Below are positions 21,963 to 34,183 of a stretch of 51,414 nt of DNA, piece by piece (the first letter of the stretch is position 1; each line of letters starts with the position of its first letter). The position numbers and the translations under genes were made by a program. The stretch comes from Perkinsus chesapeaki ATCC PRA-425. Lineage: Eukaryota > Protista > Perkinsozoa. The DNA lies in NCBI GenBank assembly GCA_013115145.1, contig JAAPAO010000221.1:1-51414 (forward strand). Reading direction: 5' to 3'. The notes below the pieces were generated by a model. That model saw only the letters and a list, made by a program, of their open reading frames with translations, ran no database searches and was not told the origin of the DNA.

Positions 21963-22193
21963 AGAATGACAGAAACGTGGTGGTCATTGTATCATTATGG
22001 ATGGCCCTCCTCCTCCTCCTCCTCCACTGCTGCTGCTTGGATGCCTTTATCTGATGTGTACAGTAGTCGACAGTACGACGGACTTTTAACATTGGAAGGC
22101 ATCATCATCCTCTGTGGTATGTGGTTAATATCTCTTTTCATTTCATATTATTGTAGTGTTCGGTGATAGTTTGATATTAGTATTGTTTCATGG

Positions 22194-23130
22194 ATGGGTA
22201 ATACGTTTGAGTGTTGTGAACGGCACGACTCAGAGGACCAACTGGAGCTTCCAAAAAGTGCTAGAAGGAAGAAGAAGGCGGAGACGTTCGAGTCTCTGCC
22301 ATCACTTGTAGCCGATGATGACGGAGTAGATGAGGACTCTAAAGAGGATGGCAGTGTTTTACCATCACCGGTAGTATATGTATTATTATAGGGTACTAAC
22401 TAATAGCAATATAAGGTGCGGGGTTGGAATATGTCAAGTGCAGGGATGGATGGTCTATCATGGACAGTAGAGCTACATCGACAACAAGGTTAGTAGGGGG
22501 TTATTCTATACACCGATCACCTGTTGGCCTTGGGGAGCGAACATAGCACTCTGTAACCTGTATTTAGTGAAGGGATCCTGTCTAACCAATGGCCGACATC
22601 CTGGATAGCTTTCAAAGTCCAACAGCGTCACTAAAGACAATGCTCCTGCTCCTATAAGCCCCCCAGTATCCATCCCCTTCTACCCTCGACATTTCACCCA
22701 GTACTCTCTTTCCACTAAATAGTGTATGTGCTGGACAACAATTGAGGCAATTCAAAGGGGGGGAGGCGCTGTGGACCATGTTTCTTTAACATATGATTGA
22801 CGATAGTAGCTGCTGCTATTTTGATAGGGGACCGGCTCGGCATTGATGTCGACCATCAGTACCCGGAGTTCTTATTAATAGAGCGTGTTACTGAAGGAGG
22901 AGTGGTAGAAAAGTTTAACCAAGATAATCCCACACAAGCATTAATGCCAGGAGATCACATTGTTAGAGTGAGCCTTATTATTATCACCACCACCACGACG
23001 ACGCCCATCACATTCAGGTAAATGATGTAACTGGTGATTCGTTAAAGATGATAGATTGCTGCCGAAGGGATAAACGTTTAGTGTGGCGGGTTGTGCGGGG
23101 ACGATAATGTTTGAAGTCGTGATTAAGTGA
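22194..23130 (+). CDS. PDZ domain protein with N-terminal myristoylation/palmitoylation motif
   Basis: MGNTFECC start. Spliced PDZ: WTVELHRQQG|DRLGIDVD..LLIERVTEGGVVEKFN..LMPGDHIVR|VNDV. Confidence 0.8.
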
Positions 23131-23219
23131 ATAATAATATCATGCATTAACGAGCAATTCATTAATCGCTCCTCTTCGACAGTTCTCATTCGTCTTGAGT
23201 TATAACAACAGTACTTGCT

Positions 23220-25776
23220 CAATGACCAGCTCCCTCAACTCGGAAGGGTAAAGTATTCAAATCATTTACTTTCTATGACTCAATAAACACAAGACGTATT
23301 AATAAAGTGAATAACAATTAAAACTCTCTTATTATTACTCCTATAAGGAGTGTACCTCATAAGCAGCAGCTGCCTTCCAATCGGTTACCGATCTTTATTG
23401 TCATCCTTCGTCTCTTTCTTCCCCTAAACATTGTTCTATTCCAACTTGACTAATTCTTACCCCCTCCTCATCATCCTCATGACGAGCAATAATGCTTGCA
23501 TCGTACCATGCTAGATGACACACTGGACATGCCTCATCATTATACCATCGGAGACATTTATCACAACGATGAGCTCCGTGGAATGGATGCTAAGAGAGAG
23601 TAACAACGCAGCAGCAGTGGGTGGCTTACATCATCTCCTCTAATGGTCTTGGGCATTTTGCAGGTTGTATTTCTGAAATTCTTAACAAGCTCCGTCTTAC
23701 CCCCGACGGCCTCAGTTACGGCCGTTGTACTGAGATACCTTGGGAACAATGATAGTGAATGGAGATAATAGCGGCGAGGAGGGAGCATTGGGGCTCGAGG
23801 CTGATAGACGACGACAACAATAGCAGCATTGACAGGCTCATGGTAACACAAAGCTCAATAAGAGAAACAAAGAGGAGGATTAACATACTCGTTATTATGC
23901 AAATAAAAGACCTCAATTTTACTATCGCGTATAAGGTCCTTCTCTAAATCCTCCAGTCGAGCGTCGTCGCGGGCAGCTGATCATCATCTTCCGTTGTTCG
24001 GCTTGATTGTTAATTCCACCAGGATCCTACATACGAATATCATCAGTCTTCTTTCTACCACCAACACGATGTTTGGACGGCGGCACATTCTTAGAAGGAG
24101 CCACTTGTACCTATTCGACCATTCCAACCTCCACGCCTCATGATTCCTCTATCAACCCCACCCCACCACACTCACCATCCTTCGATTGCTCCTATTCGCT
24201 ATCTTCCTATTGGCAGCAGCAGCCTTAAATGACGGATAGACGACTTCCATCCACATTTTCCGTGACAGGCTCCTCGCTGCATTACTCTCCGGCCCTTCCC
24301 CCGGTACCTTACATATCATCATTCCTACACCTTTCTTCATTAATCTCACTTCTATCTTAAATGGGCTTCGAGTTAGGTGGTTATTATTGTCATCATCAGC
24401 AACATGCCTATATTCACCCTCTTCAACCTTCACATAGCAAACACTGGAGTGCAAATTCCCGATATCAGCGACGATAAATCGAATAAATCCCTCCAAAGTG
24501 GCTGCCATCCCCCGACCGTTCTTCAAGCTGTTGTTGTAGTAGCACAGGCCCAGAAGGATCAAGGCAAAGGTACTCAATGCTTGATGCTGCGAGTCTAAGA
24601 TATTCTCCGGACGAGACACAGCCCAGATCTTCAACTCTTGAAGGAACACTCGAAGCTCCGGTAGAGACGCAACCATCTCTCCGATCTAATAACAGTGGTA
24701 ATTTCGTGGCGAGTGACGCTTACTCTATTATCATAGGACCCTCTTGTTTCATCACCATATGACAGGTCAACCTCCACCACCCACGAGTCACCCCTTCCAG
24801 ACGGCCAATCCTAACCATCATAGCATCCACATCGCAGTGCTGTTGCTGCTGGGGACCATACCCATGAGAATCTTAGCTTCACGAGTGGTATTCGTGCCCA
24901 TGGTATCCTTTCTATTGTTTTAATATGCATATTAGCTGCTCCACCTTTACCACTATTAATATAATGTATAATACGTCTACTAGCATTCATTAATGCATTA
25001 ACCAATGCTTTGCCTGATAATAAGCCAAGTCTCGCGAGACATCGAATTCAGCTTCGACGTAGATTCCATCGGCTCACCGCAGCGGCAAAGAATTCCACCC
25101 GTGTTGCTAATATTGGGCAGCTGCCACGGGAGAGCGATTCATACAACATCGACCGAGGAGAATAAAGTGGAGGAAGGCTTGTCGATCCCCTGTGTTGTAT
25201 GATACGACAGCGTGATAGTCGGTAGTCTGCGGTAGTCTGATGTTGTATATCTACATTCTAGTCTGTCATATGTTTCCATAATTTCAACAAAATATCCTCC
25301 TCTTTCATTTACCCGGTGACACTTGCGTTTGATAGCTCTGGGCTTTGATAATTATTCTTGGCAGCAACACGGTGATGACATACACTATTTCTATTTAGTA
25401 GCCAAAACTATTACCCCGAAGAAGGTCGTTAATAATTACCACTCATACCCGAGATCGCATACTCACCACTGAGATCTGCTTTCGCTCTCCATCACCAAGA
25501 AGCAACAGCGAACGCAACCCCTCGGCATTGAACGTCAAAGGCCAAGGCCTCCCCCTTATCACCTCTAGGAGCTTGCTCTCCCTTCCGATATATAACAGCA
25601 TCAAGGTCACTACCATCTAAAGCCAACCCCTGTGCGAATGACCCTTGGGCTTTGACCATCAATCCTTCACTCTCCAACGCTTCGGTACAAACATCCAGGA
25701 ACTGGAAACATGTCTCAATCCACCAAGAGTCAGCAGCAGCAGCAGCAGAAGGAGGTGGTGGTGGTGGTGGTGGCAT
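23220..25776 (-). CDS. Non-canonical poly(A) polymerase / terminal uridylyltransferase (TRF4/TUTase-like)
   Basis: NTase signature GSFAQGLALDGSDLDAVI, IPWARIPLVKL, and central domain LPELRVFLQELKIWAVSR..LSTFALILL. Multi-exon; the 3' end is approximate. Confidence 0.7.
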
Positions 25777-26004
25777 GACCAAACAAAAACATGACTGGAA
25801 GGCATCGAGACAGAGTCATACGAAACAGGACATTCTTTCCGACCTAGCAACAACACTTCTTGCGGCAACACATGGACTATACTTTCCCGACAGCTGACAA
25901 AAGACAGTAGAGCGGGAAAACCCGAAACCCGAATACCCAAAACCCCACCTGGTGGTTTGAAATATTGGACGTAGGAATGTTACGGTGAGCACCAGTAATA
26001 AAAA

Positions 26005-27709
26005 TCATATAGGCATCCGTTCATTGGATGCTATTGTGCAATTCTGTCCCAATCGAGCTGGCCCCTTCTCCAACCACTCCTTCTTTGTTATCATCAATTG
26101 TTGGAAGGAACTCAGACTACCAAGAACCTAATAGACATACGACAGTCCGAGAACCTTCGGGCAAGTTCTCTCTCACCATCGACGAACGAACTACTACAAA
26201 TACAACCCAGAAGGTCCTTGAATATCAACAACACATGACTCCCTCAACCGCCGTTTATATCCCATACGGATGTATAAGTTCAATAATCTACCTTCTCCAT
26301 TCCCACTATTACCGATGCTCCCAGCCATGACGCTGCCCTTTGCTCCGCCTGTGTCTCCCCTACTAATATCCTAACTCTACTCAATGATGGTACACTGCTA
26401 ACACCCGAGTCCCCTCCACTTGCCGGCCCAAGACATCTGAAGGAGGAGGAGTAAGGCATGTATCCAGTAAGTGCCCTATAGTTAGTATTACTGTCTCAAA
26501 CGTTGAGGGAGATTCTCGATGCAGCTCTGGCCGCCGGTGATAGTTATAGACTGGCAAACTCGAGATCTAACATCCACATCTATCTGTGGCACGACTTCCA
26601 TTATCATTTTATGCAACCCTTGGAACCCTGCCAAGTTGATCGGTGACATCAGTGAGCTTCCCGGGACCGCTCCTCGAGGCAGGCAGCTAGACACTCTGTT
26701 GGCCGCACTTACAAAACCGGTAGGATCAAACAGCAGCTCCGGCAGCGCTCGAGCAAAGTCCTCGGGAGGCCTCAAAGACGTCAGATCAGTGCCGTCAGGA
26801 AGCCGATAGTCTCCTGTTGCGTCCGGTGAGGGTGGGCTCGGAGAGCCTCCCCGCGCACCAAAGGTCCCAAAGATGGCCTGGACCTGTTTGGCCTTGATCG
26901 GTGCCGTTGACAACCTTCCACAATAAGTATGCTTGGTGTCCCTTATGCGCTGGAGCCTCATGGCTGCCTGGGGAGAGTTGAGATCTCGAAGTGCTGAAGC
27001 ACCCAACAATTTTTCCATCAGAAAAGCGTCCAATGTATCCCCTCCTAGCGGGTACTCCACCGACGGTCGGTGCATAACAAAACCATCCATGACCGGCACA
27101 CAGCAGCTCATACTCGCCCCTATATCAAGAACTATACTGCAGCTCTGCCCGTGGCTGAATGCCGCCATCGAAGCCCTTCGTGGCATGTACACAGCGGGAC
27201 AATTTAACCGTTCGAATGCCATCTCAAGGATTTGTGACCGTTGAATCGATGACATATTATTAGGAGCAACGATCAATAAGGGTGATGAAGAGGCCTTCGG
27301 CAGGCCTCCTCTGCCACCAAAACATAGACCAGCGATTGCCTCGAGACCCTCGACATCTACCCGAACTTGTCGACTACGCTGATCATAGAACACACTAGGT
27401 CGAACGTTACTGCATTTGAGGAGGGAAGGTGTCCCTTGATAAAGTGACATACCACTAAGATACTTCCTATGAACAGTTGAGGACCCTCCCTCTGTCACTG
27501 TAGCACGGCTTATTCCTAACAATATGCAGTTCCTGCTCTCTTTAGGGTCTGTATCATCATTTACCTAAAAGACTGTGTCCTTCTATTGAAGGGCTATCAT
27601 CTCCGCAGATGCCAGCGCGGAAGTTCGCTGCTCCGACGTCAAGTACCATGGCTGGTGGGGTGAGGGTGGAGTAGCAGTCATTATCATATTGATCATCAGA
27701 GGCATTCAT
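26005..27709 (-). CDS. ARP4: Nuclear actin-related protein (Arp4/ACTL6-like)
   Basis: VLDVGAANFRAGICGDDSP, LEMAFERLNCPAVYM, IVLDIGASMSCCVPVMDGF, LPELLFDP, ITGGQSCIENLPQRL, SWLGAS|VLGSLSSFQQLMITKKEW. One internal junction was not resolved. Confidence 0.85.
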
Positions 27710-27775
27710 AACCCTAAGGTCCCTGGTTCTATCCCTGGTAGATGCATTTATAACTATTAACAGAACCCTCTGGTG

Positions 27776-28037
27776 TCACGGTAACAGCTTATCTTCGGCC
27801 TCTTGGCCTTCATGAAGGTCTCTTAACCGACCAATTACTATACGAGCTGCTTGAAATAGGATAATAACTGCTAAGCCTACGAGGAAGGCGAATAACCTAC
27901 AAGGAATCTTGCACGGATGAAGCTAAGATACGCTCTTCCCACCCAGGATCCCCTATCCCATTCGACCTCACTACAGTATATTCCGTCTTAGCCGCTTCAA
28001 CACCCATCATAAGCCATGCTAGCAATATAAATGCCAT
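27776..28037 (-). CDS. 71-aa single-pass membrane microprotein (signal peptide, short ectodomain, TM helix, acidic tail)
   Basis: Exons 28037-27943 and 27896-27776 with GT-AG intron 27942-27897 (46 nt): MAFILLAWLMMGVEAAKTEYTVVRSNGIGDPG|LFAFLVGLAVIILFQAARIVIGRLRDLHEGQEAEDKLLP*. Absent from the ORF track. Confidence 0.65.
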
Positions 28038-28110
28038 TTAAAAAGGAAGGGGCATAAAAGGGCGGCCATAGAGCACGCAGTGGCAACACAATTCCTATGC
28101 CTTAACAACA

Positions 28111-28715
28111 CTATATCATCAACCCCATGATTTTAGCCCTTCTCCTTTGGGCGTCCTCCTCCAGCTTTTTAGTGTAGGTAAATGTCTTCATACCGCTCTC
28201 TTTGGCAATCATCTCTATATCACACCCCTTAAGCCTCTCTAATTCCTCCCTGTTGTGTCTCATTTCAGCTAATAGAGTAGTTATTGTCGGTACCTAACTC
28301 GATTGGGTGGCCTTCAACAACAATAACAATACATATTAGTAAGTTGGTAAACACACAGTGTTCCTCTCCCACTTCTTACTGCCCTATGACTATATATAAT
28401 ATCCTCCTTAGTTCTATAAGCTGCTGCTGCTAGGGGATCTTTGGATACACCCATTCTGTCCCTTTGTGCTCTTTTCTAAATATTAATAATATCTTTATTC
28501 AATGTGTTCTAATACCCTTTTAGCATCTTTAATTTGGACTTGTTTGATATTAGCTGTTTTATTAGCTTCCCTTTTCTCCCTTGCCTTATCCCTATCAGAT
28601 ATATTCTTATCTCGTAGTGTTTCGAGACCACCGACCATCGAACAACGAACGGCTGGATAATTTCGTGGCGAGTGAGACTTTCGCAACGCCCAGGTTCGAT
28701 CCCCATGCCCTCCAT
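28111..28715 (-). CDS. Small hypothetical charged coiled-coil protein
   Basis: Exons ..MVGGLETLRDKNISDRDKAREKREANKTANIKQVQIKDAKR|KRAQRDRMG..|..LLAEMRHNREELERLKG..KLEEDAQRRRAKIMGLMI*. A start at 28715 requires a GC-AG first intron (28708-28653). Confidence 0.5.
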
Positions 28716-28782
28716 CTTTTAATACAACAGTCTATTATCTGGTAACATCAACATCTACTATCATGTACATCTATCACCAGCT

Positions 28783-31397
28783 TTAAACAAGCGTGTCGAG
28801 GTGACTCCTCCTCCCAGTAGTCGGTAGCGGAGCATCCCTTCGCTGTCGTCCCCTAGATTGGCTTGGATTCGGTATCCCAGGTGGTCCTCCCTTCTTCTTC
28901 GAGGTGCGTGTTTCGATACCTCGGACAAACTCCTTGTAAGTTAGATCATGTCGAATGAAAGGTTTTGTTTTTTCCATAAACACATCTTCCTCTTTTTGGA
29001 GATGTTGGCAGAACGCATTAATAAAGTATTCGTTGGCAGCTACTTCACCTTTTAGCTCGTTAATAGGATTGGGCAGGACTTCGTAAAGTAATTCAACCGC
29101 AGCATTCAAAGATTTATCCTCATGAGCTTGGGCAAAGATACGCATACTAGTCGAACGCTCTAGGCCTTCACGTGAGAACAATCTATGGTCGTCGAAGATG
29201 GTCGGAAAGACCCTAAGAAAGAGTATAGTAGATGACCAGGGGGGAGGAGGAGTTGCGTTTGAAGGTTACCTGTAAGCATAGAACCTTTCCACAGGATTCA
29301 ATGGCACTGGTCCACCACTAAAAATAACAGCATCATAACAGCAGCAGCAGCAGCGGCTATAATCTTACAAGCTCGGGCATGTTGCCGCGTAGACCTCCAA
29401 GACTCCCTCCTCATCGCCGGTGAGACCGAACTGATCAGTTATCAGGAAATTGACCGAATAAGGTCCATCTTCGACTCGGCCTCCTTCAACCTATTCAACA
29501 ACCATTCCCCTGACTAACTCACAGATTTGCCTTCACCTTTAACCCTTCCGGTTTGCCTCCATAAATCCGAGTATATTGTTGAAGCCAATCTGGCGAGTTT
29601 TCCAAATTCGCAGTGACTCCCGGAGTCACGACTGTCGTGGACTTTCCGACCTACGAGCAGCTGTACCGGAGTCGAGTGATGCTATCTCACCGTAAGACTG
29701 AGGTGATCATCAGTGGCGTAGGTACCATCCTCCCGAGTTATTTTATCAACTTTTCCTATTTTAAAACGGTCCACCCATTTCCTCAAGGGAGTAGCCCCCA
29801 ACTTCTCCGGGTAGTGGTCGGGGTGTGCTGGCCATCCACCATAGGATCGATAAGGCAAACTTGGTGAGAAGCCTCTTAGTTGCATACACATACGGCGGAT
29901 AAAGTAGTCGTTAGCCGTTTCGTCATCATCCTTTATGCGAGGGGCCCAAGGTAAAGGACTTGTTAGACTGTAAAGGGTCCTGATAGAATCTTCAAAGGTT
30001 CTTCGCTCGCTAAGTGTGCCAATATGAAACTTCTCAAAACGTTCAATATCATCCGGTTGCTTGAGCTCCCTGACCTCCTTCGAGAACAATGGGAAAGCTC
30101 TGATTAGTGGTATTATAAAAGGCAATAAGCGTTCCTTATGTCTTCCTTACTCAGCATTATAGATGACTGCATTAGCTTTCAGTCCATCGCCCACATCTAG
30201 CACTTTACTGTAACTAAGAGTAGATAACAAATATATGATCATGCCAGACTTGGCATAATAGGAGCAACATGAACCAGTGGCGACTAAACTGTTGAATCAA
30301 TCAGATGATTATTCCCTTGCCAGCTGGCAGTAACAATACTCGTAATGCAACCGTGTTAATATAACTCAGCAAATTGAATAGCTCCCTCAGTTTTATGCAA
30401 ATATCCATTTCGAGACATAAACAAGTTGATAAAAGCCCTCAACATATTATTTTAACCCGTAACATTTTAGTAAAAGCGCGGTGCTTGAACATCACACGAT
30501 TGGCTTGAGCCTGTTGGCGGCGGGATAGTGACCTCCTCGGGCGCAGCTCTCGTTCCGGTGTTCCAGCTGTCTCTCCCTAGAGCACTTCTTGCCGGTCCAA
30601 TAATATTTGAGATTGAATAGTTGCGGTAATACTTACAATAGATTATGTAGGGGGAGATGAAGTTCATTGCGAAGAGGGCAGATAGCTGATGCGAGCTTCA
30701 ACCTATGATATGTCCCTTCTAACTGTTGGATGCCGAACTCAATCCAGAACCTTCCATCAGAGCTCCACACCTTACCATCGCTAGATACCTGAATCAAGTA
30801 CGTTGCTTCTGCTACAGCAGCAGCAGAAGCAACTAGGACGTAGTAATAATGTTAATAATAATAAACTAATACTACAACAGCGCTAATATCATCAGCGTCG
30901 TCACCATTCTTTAAACTTACAAGTCCTGTGGCGAATGGCATGAACTCATGAAGTTGGATCAAGTCGTAGGGAAAGTCGTTCTGAAATTATTAATTGTCCG
31001 CCGCCGCCCCTATACCCTATGTTACGGCTCCCTACTTTTATCGATCTGTAACCACCGGAAGAAGGGTCAGCCTCATCAATGTACTGACAGGGGAAGTACG
31101 ACGGCCCTTCCGAGAGAAGCGAGGATCGATCATGGTGAGGGCCACCAGCAGCAGCAAGCGTGCTTTGTGTTAAATGTCTGCTTCTGGCTCCTCCTCCCTC
31201 CTCGGGAATGTTGGGTAAATGATACGTTCCTGCCTGCCTTTTAACAACTCCCTTAATCTCACCGACAGGCAACGAATACCATGTTCGAGCCGGCGCGCAT
31301 TATCGCGCACCCCGTATTTCAAGGTTGAACTTTCACACAATGAGATGAATATATATGATAATGAGAGCAGTGACACTATATTGGGGAGCCGAACCAT
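28783..31397 (-). CDS. Secreted protein Y with two copies of an unrecognised repeat domain
   Basis: Signal peptide MVRLPNIVSLLSLSYIFISLCES. Repeat cores EDSIRTLYSLTSPLPW..ANDYFIRRMCMQLRG (29993-29871) and NAAVELLYEVLPNP..ANEYFINAFCQHLQK (29106-28993), linked by in-frame introns (HLSLT|VGKST, PEGLK|VEGG, YAYR|VFP). Some 5' junctions are uncertain. Confidence 0.6.
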
Positions 31398-31570
31398 AGT
31401 GGTAATGGGGGATAGGAGTACTAATGATAGTGACTCATTACCAGATATAATATAATAGTAGCAGTGTCCATTGACAACACAAGCAGGTATGTTGAATAAC
31501 ATCAACAATAACATCATCATAATAACAACAAAGTCAATAAAAACGCATGAAATACTAATAATAGCTTCTA

Positions 31571-34009
31571 TCACACCAACGACCCTTGAGCCCCTCTCGA
31601 TATCGTCAGCTTTGGTCGACGAGCAGATTGCTTCGCCAGCTCATCCTGCCTTGGTGCGATTTCCTTGGCACCAGCAACTCCGGTTTGCTTATAGCTGTGA
31701 TAGTAATGTGTCCTCTTTTCTTTGGGTTCACCAAAGAGCTTTCGATCAGCATAAAGATGAGAGCATATGGCGGTTAATAGATAGTCGTTTGCCGGATGTT
31801 CTCGAGTCGTATAATGTACACGTTGATTTGGCTTGCGTATGGCGTGATACAAGCTTTTAATGGCATCACTGATATCTTTATCGCTTGTGACAAGTGTTCC
31901 TCCCAGCTCGCCCCGCAATCGTGTAAAAACGTTACCGTCGTCGAATGCAGCGGGAAAGCGCCTGAAGCTCGTGTTGTCTGGTGATCAGCCAAGAGACAAC
32001 AACCATCAATGCATCTGCCTACTTCAAATGATATCCCTCATGTGGTAGTTTACGGGGTGTCGGACGATGCCTGAACAAGCAGCAGCAGCAGTTTCATGGC
32101 TGTCATGTCATCATCTTCCGAGCTGCTCACCAACGTGGGCACTGGGCCTTATCCAGGGTAAGCATCCTATCCTTATCATCCAGCGAGAACTTCACTAACC
32201 CCTCACTAGTCTTTACTGTATCACCGTCTTCGATCTGCAGGCGTAATGTGCTCTAGTTAATGATAGGATGAGTGCTTACCTTTATGGACTCAACCATTGG
32301 CCTACTCCCCAAAGCAATATCGTACGAGTTGCTGACAGTGTTATTGTCACTTCTCGGTGGTGTTGTGAGATCCTAAGATCGGTAAGAAGACTACTTACCA
32401 CGGCTTTCGGCAAGAGGCTTTCGCTGGCAATAAGGACATGAACGCTCCGCCAACTTCAGGGTTGGAGGTTATTTCGTCAGCATCCTTAGAACGAGACTAG
32501 CTAGCTGCTCCAGTTACGAGTAACACAGGGCCCGGGAGATAACGGAGCTGATGTGTATTAACATATTGTTGCTTCGTCGGACTATATACCAACTAGCATA
32601 AGTAGCTTGGAGAGGATAACATCCTCACTCTTCTCCACGAATTCATTACATGGATAAGGACATCGTCACATTCGCGGATTCACGGATAGATTGATCTCCG
32701 ATTCTCCCCAAGTTCCCGCCGTCCCAATTCGCAGAATCGGTTTAAGAAGCGCGTCATCATATATGGCTTGTATAGCAATAACAAGAAGAAGAAGAATGCC
32801 TACCTTAACAATCATGTCGTCAAATCTGCCATTATTATCATCGACTTTGAAGGCCTTCTTCCAGGTATCCGAGGGAACAAGGTCGAGTTTGATGCCAGTA
32901 TCCACTACGGTGCCTTTCTCGTACCCACGTAGATGCAAGCAGGTGGTGAGCACGAAGTATTTACGAGCAGGCATCTCCGCGGTTATGTCTCTCCACGGAG
33001 GTATAGGCAATATTGTGTATAATAATTTAATACCATCATCGATATCCATACCCGAAGGAATACGAATCTCAAACATGTCAGATCGTTGCGAGGAGTGCTG
33101 TGATCTACACAAGTGATGCATGGGTCGACTTTGACTAGGCCACCGTAGGCCTACGTTTCTGCGGAATTTTCCTGTGGCACTTCCTCGGAAAACGGGAGCA
33201 GGTCCGTAGACCAGGCCGGGAAAACGCTAACATAACAAGAAGTTGGCTGAGTAGTAGTATTGAGCAGCAGCAGCATCCTACACTGCGTTTGATGAGATGA
33301 GCTCCACCTCACCGTTGTCTTCATCCCTAGCGAAGTCAATAGCATTTAATGATGGCACATCTTACACCGAGGGTTGCGGTAGTAGGCGGTCCAATGGCGG
33401 ACACTTGGCATTGACCAGGCGAAGGAATCTGACGGCTGGTTCACGACCATCCTCATCAGCGTATTCCTTCATATCAAACTTCAATCCTAGTTCACCATAT
33501 TTGATAATACCATCTGCGACCTGAAAGTAGGTAGTAAGTGGTCAAGTACGGTGGTGTTATTAAGCTACTTCTAGGTCCTCTGGAGAGGGTAAATAACCCT
33601 TTAAGATGGTCATACGAACCTAATATTATTGATACATATATTATATAATATTAATGTACATCAGATCCATCAGAGAGGCCGACAGGTGAGGTGAAGCTTG
33701 GTGATAGGGAGCTGAATTCGGATCTGGATACTGGGGGGTGAAGGGAACAGAAGACAGTTTTATCAGATGGGGCCAACTGATAGGAAACTAAGCAGATGGA
33801 GGGGGCAATTGCATTACTTTTTTGATAGGATCTTTGGCGGATATAGATCTTTTAAACTGAAAGATACTATCGAGGTTAATTCGAGAGCTTCGGGCCAAGC
33901 TCACCGTTTTAAAAGGTTCCTTGAAAGACTTGCGTGATGGGTTTGATCCCGTAGATGATGCAAGGGACCTCACAATTGAGATACCCGAGAATATAACAGC
34001 GACACGCAT
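31571..34009 (-). CDS. Secreted protein X, paralog of Y, with two copies of the same repeat domain
   Basis: Signal-like MRVAVIFSGISIVRSLA (alternative upstream exon from ATG 34138). Repeat cores DDGIKLLYTILPIPPW..ARKYFVLTTCLHLRG (33040-32924) and SDAIKSLYHAIRKP..ANDYLLTAICSHLYA (31870-31748). Confidence 0.6.
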
Positions 34010-34183
34010 AACCTTATATACTCAAAATGGGCAAGATAAGGTTCAGCACAACAATGATGGCACAATTACTTTGGAAGTCGCCCGACACGAAAATCCGTTA
34101 AGAAAATACAAGTTGAGCAAGAGTGCAAGATTTATCATGATTACCGAAATTACCACAGGCGTATCTTAGTTGTTGATAATATT

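Noticed and set aside
27791-27808. ATCTTCGGCCTCTTGGCC resembling the U2 snRNA 5' stem
   Set aside because: No branch-site recognition sequence (GTAGTA) or Sm site follows; it is the antisense of the microprotein exon.
33921-34169. Plus-strand 82-aa ORF
   Set aside because: TTG start and overlaps the signal-peptide exon(s) of secreted gene X on the opposite strand.
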